Source: Bacteriovoracaceae bacterium
GTDB lineage: Bacteria > Bdellovibrionota > Bacteriovoracia > Bacteriovoracales > Bacteriovoracaceae
Assembly (NCBI GenBank): GCA_947441615.1
Contig: CANEUH010000017.1
Span: forward strand, 10,807-74,806
Direction: 5' to 3'
Length of the DNA: 64,000 nucleotides
The notes below the pieces were generated by a model. The model made no database searches. It was not told the origin of the DNA and saw nothing but the letters and a program-made list of their open reading frames with translations. Positions 61,703 to 64,000 of the stretch are shown piece after piece; the stretch's first letter is position 1; each line of letters begins with the position of its first letter. The position numbers and the translations under genes were made by a program.

Positions 61703-63013
61703 ATGATGAAGTTACTATTGGCCCTTTGGCTAAGTTCGTTTTCTTTAACTTTTGCTCAAACATCGATTGGTATATCTGAGGCAGACCTAACCCCTGAAAT
61801 GCAAGTTCCTTTGGGTGGCTATGGGAGTGCCGCTAGAAGAAATTGGCCTTTTCAGTTCTTTAAGACTCGTCCATTTCTACGTCTTTTTAAATCAGCACAA
61901 GGCTCTCTTGATCCCATCCGTGCGAAAGTCATGACGTTATATAAAAACAATCAAAGAATTGTTTGGATTAGTTTAGACGTCGTTGGTGCACCAGCAGAAA
62001 TTCACACTGCTCTTTCATCAAAGCTCGCTCCATTAGGAGTGAAATCGGAGCATCTGTTTATCTCTGCAACTCACACCCACTCTGGTCCTGGAGCGCTTTC
62101 GAGAAATCATTTCTGGCAAGTCTTTGCCATGGATCGGTTTCAGAATGATTTTTATCAGTTTTTTATTGATAAAATAGTCTCTGCAGTTAAAGAAGCGATT
62201 GATTCTGAAACATCTGCTCGCTTGTTCAGTCACCGTTTTAAGGCCGATGGTCTTACTCATAGTCGAAGAGCGGGTGGAAATGATATCGATCGGGAAGTCA
62301 CTACATTATTAGCGAGAAGCGATGATGGAAGATGGCTTGGAGGAATCGTGAATTTTGCCATTCATGGAGTTTGTCTTGGTGATGACAATTTATATTTTAG
62401 TTCAGATGTTCCCGGTTCAATTGAGAGAAGTGTAGAAGATTATCTAGAAAAACAAAATCCTTTTTTCTCGTCAAAGAAACCAACTATCCTTTTGATTAAT
62501 GGCGCAGAAGGCGATGTTAGCCCTGATCATTATGGTAAGGAAGGAATGGAAAGAATTGGTAAAGATTTCATTTCAAAATTAAATGAAAGCTGGAGCTCTA
62601 CGGAAGAAATTAATCCAGAAATTAAAGTTAGAAGTACGGAGATTAAATTAGGTACACCGAAAGTCATCTTAAGAAAATGCCTAGAGAAAAACTGGATTCC
62701 TAAATGGTTTGGTCTTCGAATTAAAAGATATATCAATTCAACAACGACACTTTCACAAATACAGCTAGGACAAATGCTCTTTGTCACCTGGCCTGGAGAG
62801 CCAACAAGTGCTCTAGGGTTAGAACTTAAAAATCATATTTATCAAAATGGTTACAACCGTGCCGTCGTGATGGGACTAACGAATGATCATTTGGCATACT
62901 TCACCACTCCAGAGGAATTTTTAGCAGGTGGCTATGAGACCTGTGTGAATTTTTTTGGGGCCGATGGTGGAAACAATATTCTTCAAAAGCATAAAGATAT
63001 CATTAACCAATAA
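61703..63013 (+). CDS. neutral/alkaline ceramidase-like hydrolase (copy 1)
   Basis: Signal peptide MMKLLLALWLSSFSLTFA from the ATG at 61703. LGGYGSAARR, ISATHTHSGPG, NFAIHGV and INGAEGDVSP blocks are typical of the neutral ceramidase N-terminal domain. Confidence 0.6.
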   Translation: MMKLLLALWLSSFSLTFAQTSIGISEADLTPEMQVPLGGYGSAARRNWPFQFFKTRPFLRLFKSAQGSLDPIRAKVMTLYKNNQRIVWISLDVVGAPAEIHTALSSKLAPLGVKSEHLFISATHTHSGPGALSRNHFWQVFAMDRFQNDFYQFFIDKIVSAVKEAIDSETSARLFSHRFKADGLTHSRRAGGNDIDREVTTLLARSDDGRWLGGIVNFAIHGVCLGDDNLYFSSDVPGSIERSVEDYLEKQNPFFSSKKPTILLINGAEGDVSPDHYGKEGMERIGKDFISKLNESWSSTEEINPEIKVRSTEIKLGTPKVILRKCLEKNWIPKWFGLRIKRYINSTTTLSQIQLGQMLFVTWPGEPTSALGLELKNHIYQNGYNRAVVMGLTNDHLAYFTTPEEFLAGGYETCVNFFGADGGNNILQKHKDIINQ

Positions 63014-63020
63014 GGACCTT

Positions 63021-64000
63021 ATGGTGACCAAATTATTTTTCTTTGTATTACTGATCTCTTCGTTTCATGTGTATGCTCAATCTAATCCATTGCTCGTCGG
63101 GATGAATTCCTTGGACATGAAGCCAGCCGTTGGTATTCCCCTCGCTGGTTATGGAGCTGATGAACGCCGTCTTCCGGAATTTATTGATTGGAGGCTCCGT
63201 TATCCCGAATGCACACTCTTTAGGCCATCAGAAGGATATCATTCAGCAATTCGCTCGAAAGTGATGGCCTTAAAGCAAGGTCAAGATCATCTCATCCTTG
63301 TGAGTCTAGATACGATTGGTCTTGAGCACCGTTTAGCTAAAGATGTTCTCAAAGGACTAAAATCTTTTCATATTAAGCCCCATGAACTCGTTTTAACGGC
63401 AACCCATACTCATGGAGGCCCTGGGACTTTAAGTAAAAAGGTTCCACTCCAGATGATTGCGGTGGATCTTTATCGAGAAAAAAATTATCGCTACATTTTA
63501 AATCAGGTCGTGGCATCCATAAAAAGCGCTTTGAAACACATGGAACCAGCGGATGTTTATAAAACTAAAGCGACCATTAATGGTGTTCAGAGAAATAAAT
63601 GGAGGAAAGTAGAAAAATTCGACAACACTGCAGGCTTTATCGTTGCTCGCTCAAGAGCAAGTGGCCAGTGGTTAGGTGGAGTTGTCAATTTCTCTGTTCA
63701 TGGCGGATCGATGCCAGTCGGACTCATGCTTTATAGCTCTGATTTAAATGGGGCCATTGAGCATGAGTTAGAAAATCACTTCGCTTTAAAAAATACTTTT
63801 GTGGGTAAGGAGCCAGTTTTCTTATTTTTAAATGGCGCCGAAGGTGATGTTGGAGCTGTTGGCGGAAGATCGGTCGAGATTATTGATACACTTTCTAAAA
63901 AGTTTATGAGTGAGGCTTCCTCAGCTTTTCTTGAAGAGAACCTGACTCCTGTTGAACCGGTGATTAAATCCGCGAAGAAAAAGGTTTTCCTTGGTCTTCC
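63021..64000 (+). CDS. neutral/alkaline ceramidase-like hydrolase (copy 2, 3' end outside the window)
   Basis: Not in the track because it is open at the window end. Hand translation gives MVTKLFFFVLLISSFHVYAQ...LAGYGADERR...TATHTHGGPG...NFSVHGG...LNGAEGDVGA, a paralog of the preceding gene. Confidence 0.6.
   Translation, partial: MVTKLFFFVLLISSFHVYAQSNPLLVGMNSLDMKPAVGIPLAGYGADERRLPEFIDWRLRYPECTLFRPSEGYHSAIRSKVMALKQGQDHLILVSLDTIGLEHRLAKDVLKGLKSFHIKPHELVLTATHTHGGPGTLSKKVPLQMIAVDLYREKNYRYILNQVVASIKSALKHMEPADVYKTKATINGVQRNKWRKVEKFDNTAGFIVARSRASGQWLGGVVNFSVHGGSMPVGLMLYSSDLNGAIEHELENHFALKNTFVGKEPVFLFLNGAEGDVGAVGGRSVEIIDTLSKKFMSEASSAFLEENLTPVEPVIKSAKKKVFLGL

Overview
This is an AT-rich chromosomal segment from a Gram-negative bacterium. 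Envelope genes present include lnt, an LPS-core GT2 and GT9, TolC/RND, LolA-like proteins and OMPs. The many secreted hydrolases and toxins fit a Bdellovibrio/Bacteriovorax-like predator, but that taxonomic guess is inference only.

**Layout**
- **1-24.9 kb:** mostly housekeeping genes: SDR, galE, queC, LPS glycosyltransferases, a sugar dehydrogenase, a nitroreductase, a SWIM-SNF2 helicase, rpoD-dnaG-trmB, fliC with a DegT aminotransferase, an OMP pair with a Nudix hydrolase, an M50 protease, scpA/scpB and rluB.
- **25.1-29.7 kb:** an initiator tRNA-fMet followed by a ~4.5 kb islet with no integrase, bounded by a 59/60-nt direct repeat of the tRNA 3' half. It carries an SLT lytic transglycosylase, two toxin-antitoxin modules (one toxin killed by an in-frame TGA), a secreted M1-type (HExxH-x18-E) peptidase, and phased short repeats near the right end.
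- **29.9-40.1 kb:** a TolC-RND-TetR operon with no membrane-fusion gene, a P-type ATPase, chrA and a LamG lipoprotein.
- **40.3-47.3 kb:** a two-component system surrounded by secreted proteins and lipoproteins. Three copies of an ACTCAAAATA..TGAGT inverted repeat sit in their promoters. One lipoprotein gene has an in-frame TAA inside its signal peptide.
- **47.4-64 kb:** lnt, then the most interesting locus in the window (below), followed by a secreted R-S-ExE ADP-ribosyltransferase and two tandem neutral-ceramidase paralogs.

**Most interesting locus (about 49.7-54.3 kb)**
- An unlisted 56-aa peptide ORF sits just below the 60-aa cutoff of the ORF track. It has an acidic leader-like N-terminus and a C-terminal GPITFGPFGPFGS core encoded by a 9-bp tandem repeat.
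- It lies 3 nt upstream of a GT2 glycosyltransferase.
- Nearby are a YcaO-like protein, a 2OG-Fe(II) oxygenase-like protein, a stand-alone PqqD-like RiPP recognition element and a cysteine-dioxygenase-like cupin.
- Lipid desaturase/hydroxylase genes flank the locus, and a MacB-type ABC transporter with a LolA-like protein and an OMP lies downstream.
- I read this as a candidate undescribed RiPP-type cluster.

**Limits:** all family calls come from motif recognition by eye. No searches were run.
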